Of a stretch of DNA of 64,000 nt, positions 37,825-50,375 are shown one piece after another. Origin of the DNA: Camelus dromedarius (Eukaryota); NCBI RefSeq assembly GCF_036321535.1, contig NC_087450.1, forward strand, positions 48,050,001 through 48,114,000, given 5' to 3'. The notes beneath the pieces are model-generated. The model was not told the DNA's origin. It did no database searches and saw only the letters and a program-made list of their open reading frames with translations. A program made the translations under genes and the position numbers. Within the stretch, counting starts at the first letter, position 1. The number at the start of each line of letters is the position of its first letter.

Positions 37825-38208
37825 TGTATGGGCTGAATTGTGTCCTCCCCGAATTAGTACACTGAATGTGACCCAGAATATGACCCTATTTACAGATAGG
37901 GTTTTTACAAAGGTAATTAAATTAAAATGAGGTCATTAGGGTGGGTCCTAATCCAACAGGACTGGTGTCCTTATGAGAAGAGGAGATCTGGACACAGACA
38001 GGCACCAAGGGAAGACGGCGTGCAGACACAGGGAGAAGATGGCCGTCTCTGAGCCACGGAGAGAGGCCTGGAGCAGGCCTTCCTCACACCAACCCTGCAG
38101 ACATCTCGATCTCAGACTTCCAGCCTCCAGAGCTGTGAGAACGTAGGATTCTGTGTAAGCCCTCCAGTCTGTGCTGCTTTGTTCAGGCCGCCCTAGCAAA
38201 CGAACACA
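37825..38208 (+). mobile_element. MLT1B-like MaLR solo LTR
   Basis: TG...CA termini, MLT1B-like body, 5-bp TSD GGATC/GCATC. Confidence 0.85.
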
Positions 38209-39195
38209 GCATCCATAGCAGGTATTTTGCAAATACACTTTTTTTGTCCAAACTCATCTTTGCCAAACTTTTGAACAGCCCTGCAATTCTTCACTGGGTA
38301 TTCCTACCCCAGGGCGGTGACCTGTTGTTGCCTGACAGTCTGCCAGGCCCAACTCAGCAGCCTGGCGTCAGGACAGAAGACAGCTTGGGAAGGCATCTCT
38401 CACCAGCCCCACGCCTGCCTGGCCTTGGGATTCGGCCACAGCACTTCTCCCAGAGGAGGGGGGCCACCCTCCCCCAGAGCTCCTCTCGTCACTGTCACAC
38501 CAAACGCTCGCTAAGCTCTGCTCTCTGGGGCCAGATGCCACCCCACTCACGCCACTTCCTCCGACACGGTATTCCTGCCATCCTTGCCTCCCAGACAAGC
38601 CTGGCATTATCAGCTGGAAGGGCTGGCTGGTGACAAACGGGGGAGACCCTTGGGAAGGTGGCGCCTCTGTCTGGGAGATGGGCAGACCGGCAGCAAAGCC
38701 TGTTGGAGCTCTGCTCATGGTGACAGCTCACCGTCACCCACACCATGCCTGGGGTGGCCCCAGCCAGCGGCCCATGTAAAGCTCAGGTGCTCACAGTCGG
38801 GGCCGAGCTAAGGGAAGGGCTCCTGGGACATCAGCCCCAGGAACTTACAGTAAACTGTGTGCCTGATGAGGGGGAGGGGGTGGTTTGCCCCCAAACCTCA
38901 GCAGCCGCAGTGGCCACGGGTCACACTTCTTGGCAAAAACGCCTCCCCCTTCTGGACATCGTGTGTGTTTCTCAATTCATCCCTTGCCGCAACGACTAGA
39001 AATAAGCCTTTCTGCAGGCAAGATTTAAACGGGCTCTCCTGGCACGGAGCACATGGCCTCACACTGAATAAAGGGTCTTTAGAATGCTCTCAGATCCACC
39101 CTCTTCTCATTTCCTCCTCTCCTTGATCCCGTTTTCTCCCTGGGGTATGGGTGACTGTGCAGCCAGTGTGATTTACTCAGCCGGGACTATAATCT

Positions 39196-39327
39196 NNNNN
39201 NNNNNNNNNNNNNNNNNNNNNNNNNNNNNNNNNNNNNNNNNNNNNNNNNNNNNNNNNNNNNNNNNNNNNNNNNNNNNNNNNNNNNNNNNNNNNNNNNNNN
39301 NNNNNNNNNNNNNNNNNNNNNNNNNNN
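39196..39327. other. N-run, 132 nt
   Basis: Counted directly. Confidence 0.95.
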
Positions 39328-40079
39328 GGAGTAATGAAAAAACAGTTAATAAAATTCAGCTGTCAAAGGCAGTCTGTGCTGGGGCTCTCCGGGGACGTCC
39401 CGCAGCCCCCCGGTCGCAGGGGCGGAGCACACCGGTCTGCCGGGGCCAAGCTCAGGCTTTGCTGTAGTTTTCTCTTGTGTGGGATTACTCAAGTTTTAAT
39501 ACTATAAGATTCTCAGGGCTGAGACTTTTTCCCCAGCTGCTCTGTATTTCTATACAGCTCTGTGCACATACTAAATCACAACCCCACGAAGGATGTGGGC
39601 TAGATAAAAACATTTTGCATTCAGTCATTCATTTTTTTTCATTTGCAAGGCCTTCTGAAGAGATATTTCTCCTCCCTCCCCCTTATTGACTGTAAATGAC
39701 CTTAAGGAGGAGGGAGTGGCAATATTTAATTAAAGCTATCTTCAACTCCTTTCCCCCACTCTCCCCAAACCATGGACAAGAATAAGTTATTAACTTAAAA
39801 AAAAACTACACACACACACAAAGATGAAGGAAGGTGAAATCTCCACACTGCAGTTCGACGCAAGACCCTGGGCTCGGTGGCCGGCCCAATGCCCCCCACG
39901 GCACTTCCCAGCCCACGTGGGTGTGATCTGTCATCCTCATCAAAGATGTGAGTCCTAGCAATGCACAGGCAGAATTACCCCATGTCTCTAGGACTCCACA
40001 AGCCACAGTCCTCCTGGACACACAGAGCAGCTGCTTCCTGCCCTGGGCTCTTTTTTTTTTTCATTTTCTTTTGTAATGG

Positions 40080-40680
40080 TTACCATAGGCCAAGCACCAT
40101 TCCAGGCATGTCCCAAACAGTGACTCCTTTAACCCTCGTGGAAGCCCTACAAGGAGGGGCTTTCAGTGCACTGAACTGGGTTCCCCTCAAATTCATGGGT
40201 TGAAGCCCTAACCCCCAGTGTGATTACATTTGGCGGTGGGGCCTTTGGGAGGCGATTAGGTTTAGATGAAGCCATGAGGGTAGAGCCTCATGGAGTGAGA
40301 TGATCGGGTTAGTGTCCTTATAAAAAGAGACAACGGACAGCCACGTGAGGCTGCCATGTGAGGACAAAGTGAGAAGGCTCCCATCTTTGAGCCAAGAAGA
40401 GAGNNNNNNNNNNNNNNNNNNNNNNNNNNNNNNNNNNNNNNNNNNNNNNNNNNNNNNNNNNNNNNNNNNNNNNNNNNNNNNNNNNNNNNNNNNNNNNNNN
40501 NNNNNNNNNNNNNNNNNNNNNNNNNNNNNNNNNNNAGGTACCGTTTTCATCATCCTTATTTTATAGATGAGGGAACAACGGCAAAGACATCTTAAGGAAC
40601 TTGCCCAAGGTCACACAGCAAGTGACACAGCCAGCCTTGGAACCAGCAGTCTAGTTCCAGTCTCTGCCTTCACCACTACA
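40080..40680 (-). mobile_element. MIR split by an MLT1A insertion (halves about 40080-40155 and 40536-40680)
   Basis: ccaagcaccattccaggca...tttaaccctcgtggaagccctacaagg continues as aggtacc...attttatagatgagggaac...aacttgcccaaggtcacacagc. Confidence 0.7.
40161..40535 (+). mobile_element. MLT1A-like MaLR solo LTR whose 3' end is the 132-nt N-run 40404-40535
   Basis: ctcaaattcatgggttgaagccctaacccccagtgtga...ggtggggcctttgggaggcgattagg...gtgtccttataaaaagag...gccatgtgaggaca. Confidence 0.85.
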
Positions 40681-40902
40681 TGGAAGCTGTGCTTTATGTT
40701 AAACGCCACCCTCCCCCCCAAAAAAATCATTGTCCCTGGGAACTTGCTTGCAGAGTTGCTTGTATTAAATCACAGGCCCTAGGAGACCAAGGTGGGAAAC
40801 CCAAATCTGGTCAGGCCCGAGGAATTTGCTCAGGACAGACTCACAAGCACCTTGTCAAGGCTGTGGGTTTTATGTGCAAAATGGAGGGACCTGCAGAGAT
40901 GC

Positions 40903-41433
40903 TGTGGTGGACTATATCTCATGTCCTTCTAGAACCTCCAGCCTCCCCCATTGAGAGGCGGAGTCTAACTTCCCTCCTCTGAAGTCCCAGTGGACTTGTG
41001 ATTCCCTTGTAACCGACAGAATGGAGCAGAAGTGACAAGGCATGCCTTCAGAGGCTACGTCATCAAAGGGATGCACCCCTGTTTCCCCAGCCCTGGCCTT
41101 CCGGGTAAGAAAGCCACCCCCCGGGCCACCACACTCTGAGAAAGTCCAGGCGAGAGGAGGGGTCACACACAGCTGTCTCAGCAGACAGCCCCAGCAGAGG
41201 CCCGTGGGCAGCCAGTCCCATGAGAAAGGTGTCTCTGGGTGATCCCAGGGCTGCAGTGGAACCACCCAGCCAGGGAGTGTTCCCAGCTGAGGTCCTAGAC
41301 ATTTCAGTGACAGACTCACCCTGCCGTGCCCTGTCTGAAGTCCTGACCCACGAACTCTGTGAGCAAGACAAAACGTCTGTTTACACCTCAAGGTCTGGGA
41401 GTGGTCTGTCACACAGCAACTGTGGCCAGGACA
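40903..41433 (+). mobile_element. MLT1F/G-like MaLR solo LTR
   Basis: TG...CA termini, 531 nt, perfect 5-bp TSD GATGC (40898-40902 and 41434-41438). Confidence 0.85.
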
Positions 41434-44400
41434 GATGCCACCTGCCTGGTCCCTCCTGTGCTCAGCACCAGGCCACAGGGGCTCTGTCCAGACCCCTGCT
41501 GGGGGGCTGAGAGTAGAAGCCTGATGAACTGATGGACAGAAGGAAAGATGGCACCTCAGGAACAAGCATGCTGCTCTGGGTGAATTTCCAAAGGCTGGGC
41601 CTGAGTCAGGCCAGCTTCTCTAAACTGCCCACAGAGATGCAGCCCTGGGTCTTCAGTCTGGGCTTTTAGAATCAAGAGACAGGTAAAGACACACTCAGAG
41701 CTACTGCTAAAAACTAGTCTTAAAAATACAACCTTTTCCCAGAGGCTCTGCAAAGTCCAAAAGCTGAGTCCCTGGTTACATCAGATCCCCAAAAGTGAGC
41801 TGTTCCTGTTGCTGCTGTTAAGGTTGGGGAGCAGGAAAGGAGGACGTGTGTCCCAGCGTCACACTGCTCCAGCGAGCCAGCCGTGGTGGAGATGAGGACC
41901 GTACAAGCCTATTCTCCGGTGGGTCGGAACATACAAACAGCCCTCTGAGAGGGGCACCCCTCCCACATGGGTTATTTCTTCCCCACTGTAAGCCTTCTTC
42001 AAGTCTCGGCTATTATCCGGCCCCTTACATTAGAGGATTCAGACACTCGTGGTGCTCACAGGCCTGGACCCTGAACCAAGAAGGCTGGGAGCACACACGT
42101 GTGCAGACAGCCGAGCCCACCTGTGCAGCCCCACCCAGAAAGGCCACCTTCGTAACTTGACTCAGAACTCCAGGGCTGGCCCCATTCACACTCCGGTCAC
42201 GGCTTTTCTGCATTATATAAAAAGAATCTAAAGGATTTGGGTGTGGAGGCTTCTCTGACATAAACTCAGCATCCTCCCTTCCCCAAAGCCTGCTCTGGGG
42301 CTCCCATGAAGCTCTTGAAGAGAGATTTCTGCCCTCTCCCCGCAGGTGCTGGGGGTACAGGGCACACGGGGGCAGATGCAGAAGGCGGGACTTAAGAGAG
42401 CTCTGCTTCTGTCTCGCCTGCTCCTGAGGGTCCTTTGAGGAGTCACTGCTCAGGTTTGAGCTCCCGGAGTGATGATGGTGTCCATCACTGGACTGGACCC
42501 AGGAAAGTAGGAGCTGGTGGTTCTTGGCGGGGGAGGGGGGGATGCAGGTGCTGAGGGAGTGGGCAGATGGTCCAGCTATGTGATACTCTTCGTCTTGCTT
42601 CTCTGTTGCTCTCCCATGGCCCTTGGGAAAGCCCCTTTAAATGTTCCAGCACGATCTCAGTGCCCACAGAGAAGACGGTAATGGCCTTGAACACCCACAT
42701 GTAGTCCGGGCTGGTATAAACAGAGTAAATGGAGTCCTTGTCTGACAAGGGGGCAGAGATGCTTGCGGGACAAGTGACTCCCAGGGGATAAGGGTGGGGC
42801 TGAAGGGTCCTACTGTGTGTGCCTCCCGGGGCAGGGACTCTCTCTTCAGCGCTGAGCTAGAGGGTCTGCTGCTTATTTTACGAAGGGAGGCAGAATCTCC
42901 TGACAAAGGCACCCAGGACGATGCGTCCATATTGACCTCGAGGCTGGAAGGTCGGGACGCGAGCTTTTCCATTCCTTCAAGTGCACAATGAGAGGCAGCT
43001 CCGTTTTCTAACAAACGACCTGTTAACAAGGCCAGCTGCCCAGTCTGTTGGAAAATGAACCACCAGCGGCAGGAAAGACTCCAAATCATGCCCATCTGGA
43101 ATATGTCTGGACAGTGCCCACCCCTCCCAGGGAAATGTGCTTGTTTCCTCATCATCTTCTTGAAAGAGGAGGTGAAAGGATTGCAGGCATTCGCCACACA
43201 AAATGCTCCCGTTGCTTCCGCGAGTCGGCGCAAGGCTGTGATGGAGTGGTTGCTCACACCTGAGTGCGGCGCCCGGTCGCTGCCCGGCTGGGCTGCGCGG
43301 AGAGGGGACACTGACCTAATTAGCTTGGCCGGGAGCTGCCTGGCCTTGGCAGTGACAGACGGATCGTCCTCTTCAGAGGCCCGGAGGGCTGAGAGGCTCT
43401 TCCCAAACTGGGTCGGGAGTCCTCTGATGCCCCCTCTCCAGGGGAAGGCTGGGAAGGGATTATGATGCAGACCCAGAAGCAGATCCCAGCCCCGGCACCC
43501 TGGCCTTCTCCGGCCCCTCTTCCCAGCTACAGACACAGCATGTACTCACGTCTGCCGACGTCGGGGAGGGCGTGTGTGCCGCTCTTGATTATACTCCGTC
43601 CCGTCACCCAGGTTAGTCCTGTGGGAGCCTCCCTCTGTTCCCAGGATCTGTCTGTGGGAGATTCTGGGGGAGGGGGCTGTTTGGGGGAACTCCTCTTTTG
43701 GACAATGGGGCCCAGGTAACAGATTTGGGCTGGGGTTTTGAGAGCCTGTTCGGGGTTTAGGGTGGGGCAGGACACGCAAAGTAGCACCAAAGCCAGTGTC
43801 TGCTGTCTCAAGAGTCACCCAGACAACCTGACTGAATGTCCACAGTAAGGGGCTGAGTGTGGATGAGGGCAGCCAGGACACACCCACGTGTGGGGGAAGC
43901 GGTCGCTGGGGCTGGGGTGATGCTCAGGGCAAGGTGAGGGTCCTCTGATGCCCTGAATCACGGGCTCTCAACCCTAGGTCTTCCTTTGGTGCCTGGGCCT
44001 CAGACTCTCTACTTGCAAACAATGGTGAACAACACTTACAGCTCCAAGGGAGAGAAATTTTCAAGTGTAGTGTGTCAAAGGCCAACGGGACAGAAAACAA
44101 AGCATTCTAGCTGAAGGGAGGAGCCCCATTAAGGGTGTTTGTTCCCTGTGGGAAGATTAAAGGCAGAAGGACCTTCTGAAAATGACAGCCTCTTGGGGGC
44201 AGGTTGGCAGATCAAAGATGCCCAGTGTCCTGGAGGTTTCAGTTGGCCACGTGGTTGGAGATAAGGTCACCAAGACCATCAGGGGAGGCTGGGGGGCTTG
44301 GGAGGGAGGGGCAGGAGCACATCCATTGGCCAGGGCTTCAGACCACAGGCTGGGACCCTCAGGGACACAGCTGCCTGGCTGGCCCAAGGGCAGGCCTCGC

Positions 44401-45103
44401 CCAGGGAGCCCCAGCAAGCCCAGCCTGCACAAGAACCAGATGAAATTCACAACCCAGCCCTTTGTTCTGGCCCAACCAACGCAGGTCCCCCATCCAGTTC
44501 CAGCTGCAACAGGAGCTGTGACCCCCTTTCAGGGAAATCCCTGAGCCAGGCTCCCTCACCTCCCGGCCCCCAGCTCCCCAGATGAGACCCTACTAATGGC
44601 CCCCGGGCCTTCAGAGGGCATAGCCAGCCAAGCTCGTCTTTGCCGCCCAGTGGAGCACAGTTGGGTCCTTGCCTGCAACCACAGGCCTCTCACTGTGTGG
44701 CCAGACGAGGACTGAAGCAGCCCGGCCCACAGCGAGCAGGGGCAGAGGAAACGCCGCAGTAGACGGCCCGGCCCGCCGCTTCACTCCCAGCAGCCCCCGT
44801 CAGCGCCTCAGAAGCCCCTGCTCAGAAGGCTCAGGCTGGTGGGCTGTCAAAGCACTCACTCTCTGAGCTTCTCCCAAATGACTGCATTTTCCAGGGAAAT
44901 GACGTTTGTCACTTTCAGCATCAAAAATTAATTAAAAAAAAAGATATTTAAAAAAGTAAAAATCACTTGTGACATGTATGATAAACTTGTCTGGCCCTGA
45001 ACAGAGTATATGGAACTTGACATTGTCTTCCATCCATGACCTGGAACTGTTTTCAAGAATTTTGAGAATTACCGGCCTGAGGTGTCACTCGGCCAAGCTC
45101 TCC

Positions 45104-45122
45104 TGAAGCCCCCTGCTGGCCC
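45104..45122 (-). promoter_or_regulatory. Candidate CTCF site
   Basis: Reverse complement GGCCAGCAGGGGGC matches the CCASYAGRKGGC core at all 12 positions. Confidence 0.4.
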
Positions 45123-47164
45123 TAAGGCCCTCAGGGATCGTCTACAAGAATGGCCCTGCTCTCGGGGACCTCACTGATTGGTTCAGAGAGTGCTTTTCTG
45201 AGATGCTTCCAGCCCAGTGACCCCTTTGGGCTGAAACAGGACTCCCAGTGGAGAAGCAGGAAGGGTGTGGGCACACAGAAGTGTTTTATCATTTATATGG
45301 CCTAGAAAGCTGGCCCCTTCTTCTAAACAAAGAAAGCAACACATGCAGGACTAAGGCTGCCGTGCTGAGCTCTGACATCCCCGTCTGCTTCCTCTTCCTC
45401 CTTCGCTGGCTGCTGCTGCCTCTTGGAATCAGGGCCTCACTTCTCAGCTGGGGCCTTGCCTGGATGGGGGTAGCTTCTACAAAATGAAGTGAAGGGGCCT
45501 GGTGGCCATGGGCCTCTGAAGCTCCTTTGGCTGCCTCACTCTGTATAACCAAGGCTGAGCGTGGCTGGCGGGGCTGCTGGCCGTGGTGGCGAGGAGTCTG
45601 TACAAACCACAAGCCATCAGTGGGACAGCACTAACTTCTATGGCCTCCTCTGATTTTCTGGTCTGAGTCTCTAGAACCTGCTAAATATTCAGCAGTGTAA
45701 TTGGCAGTGATCATGGCAAACTTGTAAGTGACCAGTGACATCCAAGGAATTACAGAGCCTCAGAGGCTCACACTGGAAGTGACCTTTCAGTCCAACACTC
45801 ACTCAAATGGGGCAACTGAGGCACAGGCCAGGAAATGATTTGTCAACAGCCAGAGAGACAACAGAGGCGGAGTGAGGACTGGGCTGGAGCCCCTGCATCC
45901 CAGCTCAGGGCTGTGACCTGCGGTCCCCCTCATGGGGAGCACCCCCGGTTCTGCTCTGCCTTCACCCGCTGCAGTCCTGTGCATCCCAATTATTCACATC
46001 TTTAATTCTCATGCCTTGCAGTAATTTTACAAAGGGCACGACTGTGACATTCAAACAAAGCACATACATTCTCAGGTTAGCTTTCCTGATTTAAATCCTG
46101 GTGATTAAACAGGAAAATACAATTACAGGTAAAAGAAGAAAAGAAATAAATAAAGAAAGACTTTTTTCCAAGCTTGGCCACCCTAAATAGACCTGAATCC
46201 TGATGAGGTTTTAGTAGCCAAACCAACGAGGTCAACTGCAGAGGGTCGCAGGGGAGACACCTGACCTAGAAGGGGCTTGAGTCACACTGCAGCCTGGCTA
46301 TTTGTTCATGTTTGTCTTGCAAGCTGGCAGCTGGCTGCTTCCACCTGGAAGTGTCCACGGTTCCTAGCAAAGCCCACTGACGACTCGCAGGAAGAGCGAC
46401 AGGGCAGAGGGGTTTGGGAAACCAGCACAGCCCCTATAAGACTATGGACTGGCTGTCAGCATCAGGGGAACAAGACACACACGGCATCTAAAGAGGCAGC
46501 AGTGTGGTCAGAAGGATGGCCTGACCACCTGAGGCTAATGACTGGGGAACCCACCGGGCAGGCAGGTACGTTTGCGGGAATTTTATTTCATGAGGGTCAG
46601 AGGGAGGAAGGGGCATGGGAGCCCGAGCCATCTCTACCCTCTGCCAGGTCCTTCAGGAGTCATCCCCTCCTCAGGAGCCAGAAAGTCTGGGGCAAAAAAA
46701 GGGGGAGCAGCTGGAACACCCGCCTCCCTCCCAGGAGAGCCGCCCACCAGCGAGCCTCAGAGCCGCACGGCAGCGTCTCAGGAACACACTGTTCTCTTTG
46801 TTGGGGCAGAAATATGTTTGCTGCTGATTATGCAGCCCGATGAGCAGGCCTCTCTCTCTCCCTCCCTCTAATCTGGAGTCTTCCTGCTCAGCGGGCACAA
46901 TTGCATGCAAGCGATCCTAGAAAAAGCACAGAATGAATTTTCTTGCCATCCATTGTTCTCCAGGTATTGCGAATGTCTGAGATTCCAGGTGTGGGTTGTG
47001 CAGAGACTGCAGACAACTTCCAAGTCTGAGCCGGGGGGCACGGCAACCTCTGGGTCTGGCTTCAGCAGGGCACACCGTGGGCCCAGGAGCCAGCGACGGG
47101 CCTGCCTCGGAGGAAGGAGTCCTTTTCAGTTTCAAAATGCAGGTGATGTTTTAATTTAAAACAT

Positions 47165-47380
47165 CAAATGAAAACACATGTTGAAAACAGTGGCTGCTTC
47201 TGGAGTGGGGAGGTTGACTGGGAAGGGGCCCAAAGAAATTTCTGGAACTTTCTGACGGAAGTGTTCCTTTTCTTGCTGGGGATGTGGGTTACACGGACAT
47301 CTGCATTTGCCAGTCAGTGCGTACCATTGAACCATACACCTAAGATCTAGGCATTTCCTTGTACAGAGTTACATTAAACC
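47165..47380 (+). mobile_element. Old L1ME/MC 3' end
   Basis: cagtggctgcttctggagtggggaggttgactgggaagggg...gtgggttacacgg...ctaagatctaggcatttcc. Confidence 0.7.
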
Positions 47381-47621
47381 ATTATTTAGAGAGGAACTTC
47401 TTGGGGGTGGTGGGAAAGAGTTCTGGATCAATGAGTTTTTCAGATAAAAATGGTAACCAGTTTAAAAATCAAAAACATTTTTAGTTTCACAATTTTGAAA
47501 GAAAGCTAACAAGCGGCAAAGCTCTAAAACTTAGAAAACAAAGAACACCAAATCATTTAAACTCTTGCTGACACAAGCTCTTCGACCTGAACACCAGTGG
47601 CTGAGCTGAATGACAATGGAG

Positions 47622-47675
47622 CTCAGTGTCTGGACCCGCAGCTCTCCTCTCAGGGTCTGGACCCTCAGCTCTCCT
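47622..47675. repeat. 27-bp tandem duplication with 2 mismatches
   Basis: ctcagtgtctggacccgcagctctcct / ctcagggtctggaccctcagctctcct. Confidence 0.9.
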
Positions 47676-48849
47676 ACGCTATTTCCACTGCACCTTACAT
47701 CTGCCTCCTGTGCCCAAACGACCTCTTTCTCCACAACCAGCAGTCACTACAGTCCCTCTCAAACATGTTCAGTTCAATTGGTATCAGCCCCATGTCCTGC
47801 CCTGGAGAAGCTCACAGTCTAGCAAAGAATGGTCCTAAGATCCCAACCTGGACAGGAAGGGAAGCTGGCCACGCCGGGAAGAGCTGGGGATTTTGGACTT
47901 GACTCCGGACTGCCAGCCACTCTGAGTCTCAGAGCAGCTCCTGCATCCCGAATCCCTGAGATGACCCAGTTCATCACAACACTGACACCCCCAAACTATG
48001 GGAGGAAGCAATTTCAGCTAATCAAGACGCTCATCAGCGCTCCAGACGGGGCCAGCACTTTCCCAGACAGCGCACACAGGCCGGGAGGCGCTCTGCTGCA
48101 GACAGGCAGATGCCGTTTCCACTTTTGTTCTCATTAAACAGTAGCATAATCATGATTTATAAAAATATTCAAATCTTGAAAAGCATGTCAAAGTGCAACC
48201 TCGTCAGCTGAACTAGAAAAAGCGACTCACTGCGTGCGCATGATTTGAAATCTGATTTTTTTTTTAATAGCCTCAAGGAGATGTGGAGATGGGGAAAGTA
48301 ATCATGTTTTAAAATTCTTTTCTAGGAAATAGTTAATTATGTTTCCAAACTCAAAACAGATTCATTTTTTAAAATATATAAACCTGGAAATCAACTTCCA
48401 AAGCTCCAAACAGGTTTTTAAATCAGAGAAAAATGTGTTAAAAGTGGCTTCAGAATCACTGTTGATTGACCATCACATAAAAATCATGTCACCGCTATCA
48501 GAATTCTGTTTGTTTCTATACTTTTATGGTCTAGGGGGAACACGGGTGATGGTCAGGGGGCGTTTCTAGGTTGTAAGGACAGAGTTTTTCTGTAACACTG
48601 GTCTCCATTGCTAGAATCACAAACCGGGATCTAACAAACGGATACCAGGTGGTTTGTAAATTCATAAGGTTAAACACAGCAAGTATAGACCCAAAGAATT
48701 GGAAATTACAGTAATAAAACTTTCTCTGTGGCTTCCCATCACTTACCTGTTTCTTTTCCCACCACCACATCTTTGTTCCAAACATTGAAGAGCCCCCTGC
48801 ACTCTTTCCAGACATCTTAAAGTCTTTTCTGCTACTCATTTCAAGGCTT

Positions 48850-49075
48850 AGGTCAAGTTTCTCCTCTGCCATGAAGCCCTCCTGGACTCACCGTCTTCTG
48901 CACACCAGTGTCTGGCATGGCTACACCACCCTGCGTCCTTCCCACCACTGTCTGAAAATCTTTCTCCTCCCTCCCAGACCATGCTGTAAAGACTCTCTCC
49001 CTTAGGGCAGAGATGATCTCATTCACTGTTTCCTTGCTGGGGGACAGTTGGCATCAATACATTTTTGTGGGTTAA
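48850..49075 (+). mobile_element. L2 LINE 3' end
   Basis: aggtcaagtttctcctctgccatgaagccctcctggac...cttagggcagagatgatctcattcactg...catcaatacatttttgtgg. Confidence 0.6.
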
Positions 49076-50204
49076 AGGAGACTTCCATATAAATGAATTA
49101 CTCTTATAATGCTAAACCCAACGCAAATGAATGTAAATTAACTGCAAAGCCTTCCACCCTAGGAAAAGCAGTCATCTGTTCCCACCCTTCTCAGCCAGTG
49201 GTCAGCTCTGTTTCTAGCAAATGAGACTCAAAGAGTAAGATTTTAGAATCCTAAGCAGTCAAGGAGAAAAGATGTGTCATAAACACAATGTGATGCCTGA
49301 ACTATTCCCCTCGCCCCTCCATTATTTCCTGAGACCACACCAGGGGGTCTGGGAGACCCTACATCTCCAAGTCATATTCCATTCGACCCCTCTTCCCCCA
49401 AGATTTACTTCCTCCAGGCAGGGTAGGGATGGACCAGGGGCTGTCACCATGCCCCCGGCTCTGACTTGCTCCAGCTGTCCCCTTTTCTCCTTAGTATCCT
49501 TGTCCAGCTCTGGGAAGTGAGATTGCTGAAATCAGGTGGGGATTCTGATGCCTCCATCAGTCACCCCAGAGCCAGGGCACTTCACCAAACTACTGAAAAT
49601 CCAGCCGCTGCTTGGGCTGACAGTTCTGGAACAAGAAAATAAATATCTGTCTAGACATTTCTAACTGACACCCAGAGAAGGCAGGCATTTTCTGTGGAAT
49701 GTTTATCAAATTGCTCCCATCTGCCCATTTTCTGTAAGTGGTGGCAGCCAGCCCCTTGATTTTCTCTCCAATCACCCCCCTAAAGAAGGAAGAGATGGGG
49801 GCAACTCTAACTGGATCCCACCATTCTGAGCGGGAGGCAAGGCCCAGCAGCTAGAAATCGATGGTAAGTGGGAACCCAGGTACCACTTCAGTGAATATGC
49901 TAAAAATCCCAAAATAATAAAGCCTGCAAAACCATTTCCTTAGACAGAGGAAACTTTATGCAGAAAGAAGAAAGGGCTTTAGGAAAACCTGGAGGATCTT
50001 CTCCTGTGCCTAACAAAATTTAACTACGAAAGGAAGCCTCGGTCGCAGGGACCTCTGAAAGTGTTCAGCCCAGACGGATTTTCAGGGTGATTTCTCTCTG
50101 AGAGCTTCGTTTGCTCTGCCACTTTGAGGCACAGCAAGGGACAAAGTCAAAGATCTTCTGGAGTCTTGGGATGCACGGGGCAGCCTCACCCAGGCTGTCT
50201 TCCA

Positions 50205-50375
50205 GGGTCGTGTTGCCAATACTGTGTCTACTAGCCAGTGTGGTTACGTCAATTAAAACTAATTTTACTTGAATAGATTAAAAAAATGCAGTCACCCAGT
50301 CACATGGACCATATTCAACAGCACTAGACAGCATAGGACAGAATGTCTCCCAGGCTGCAGAAAGTTCTGAGAGGT
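50205..50375 (-). mobile_element. MER3-like MITE
   Basis: actagccagtgtggttac...attaaaaaaatgcagtcacccagtcac...ggacagaatgtctcccaggctgcagaaagttct. Confidence 0.65.

Noticed and set aside
42637-43536. Longest ORF (299 aa, minus strand)
   Set aside because: No recognisable domain, composition typical of GC-rich non-coding frames, overlapping ORFs on both strands, no splice framework.
19081-44311. Isolated canonical G4 motifs at 19081-19105, 25185-25205 and 44291-44311
   Set aside because: Expected background in GC-rich mammalian DNA; nothing links them to a feature.
25047-47675. CRISPR-like arrays from the 22-bp and 27-bp repeats
   Set aside because: Only two adjacent copies each, no spacers, no cas genes, mammalian context.
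48531-48872. Protein-looking ORF MAEEKLDLSLEM... with a CAG|GTAAGT donor at 48747
   Set aside because: The ATG lies in an antisense L2 fragment, and about one such 9-mer is expected by chance in 64 kb on two strands.
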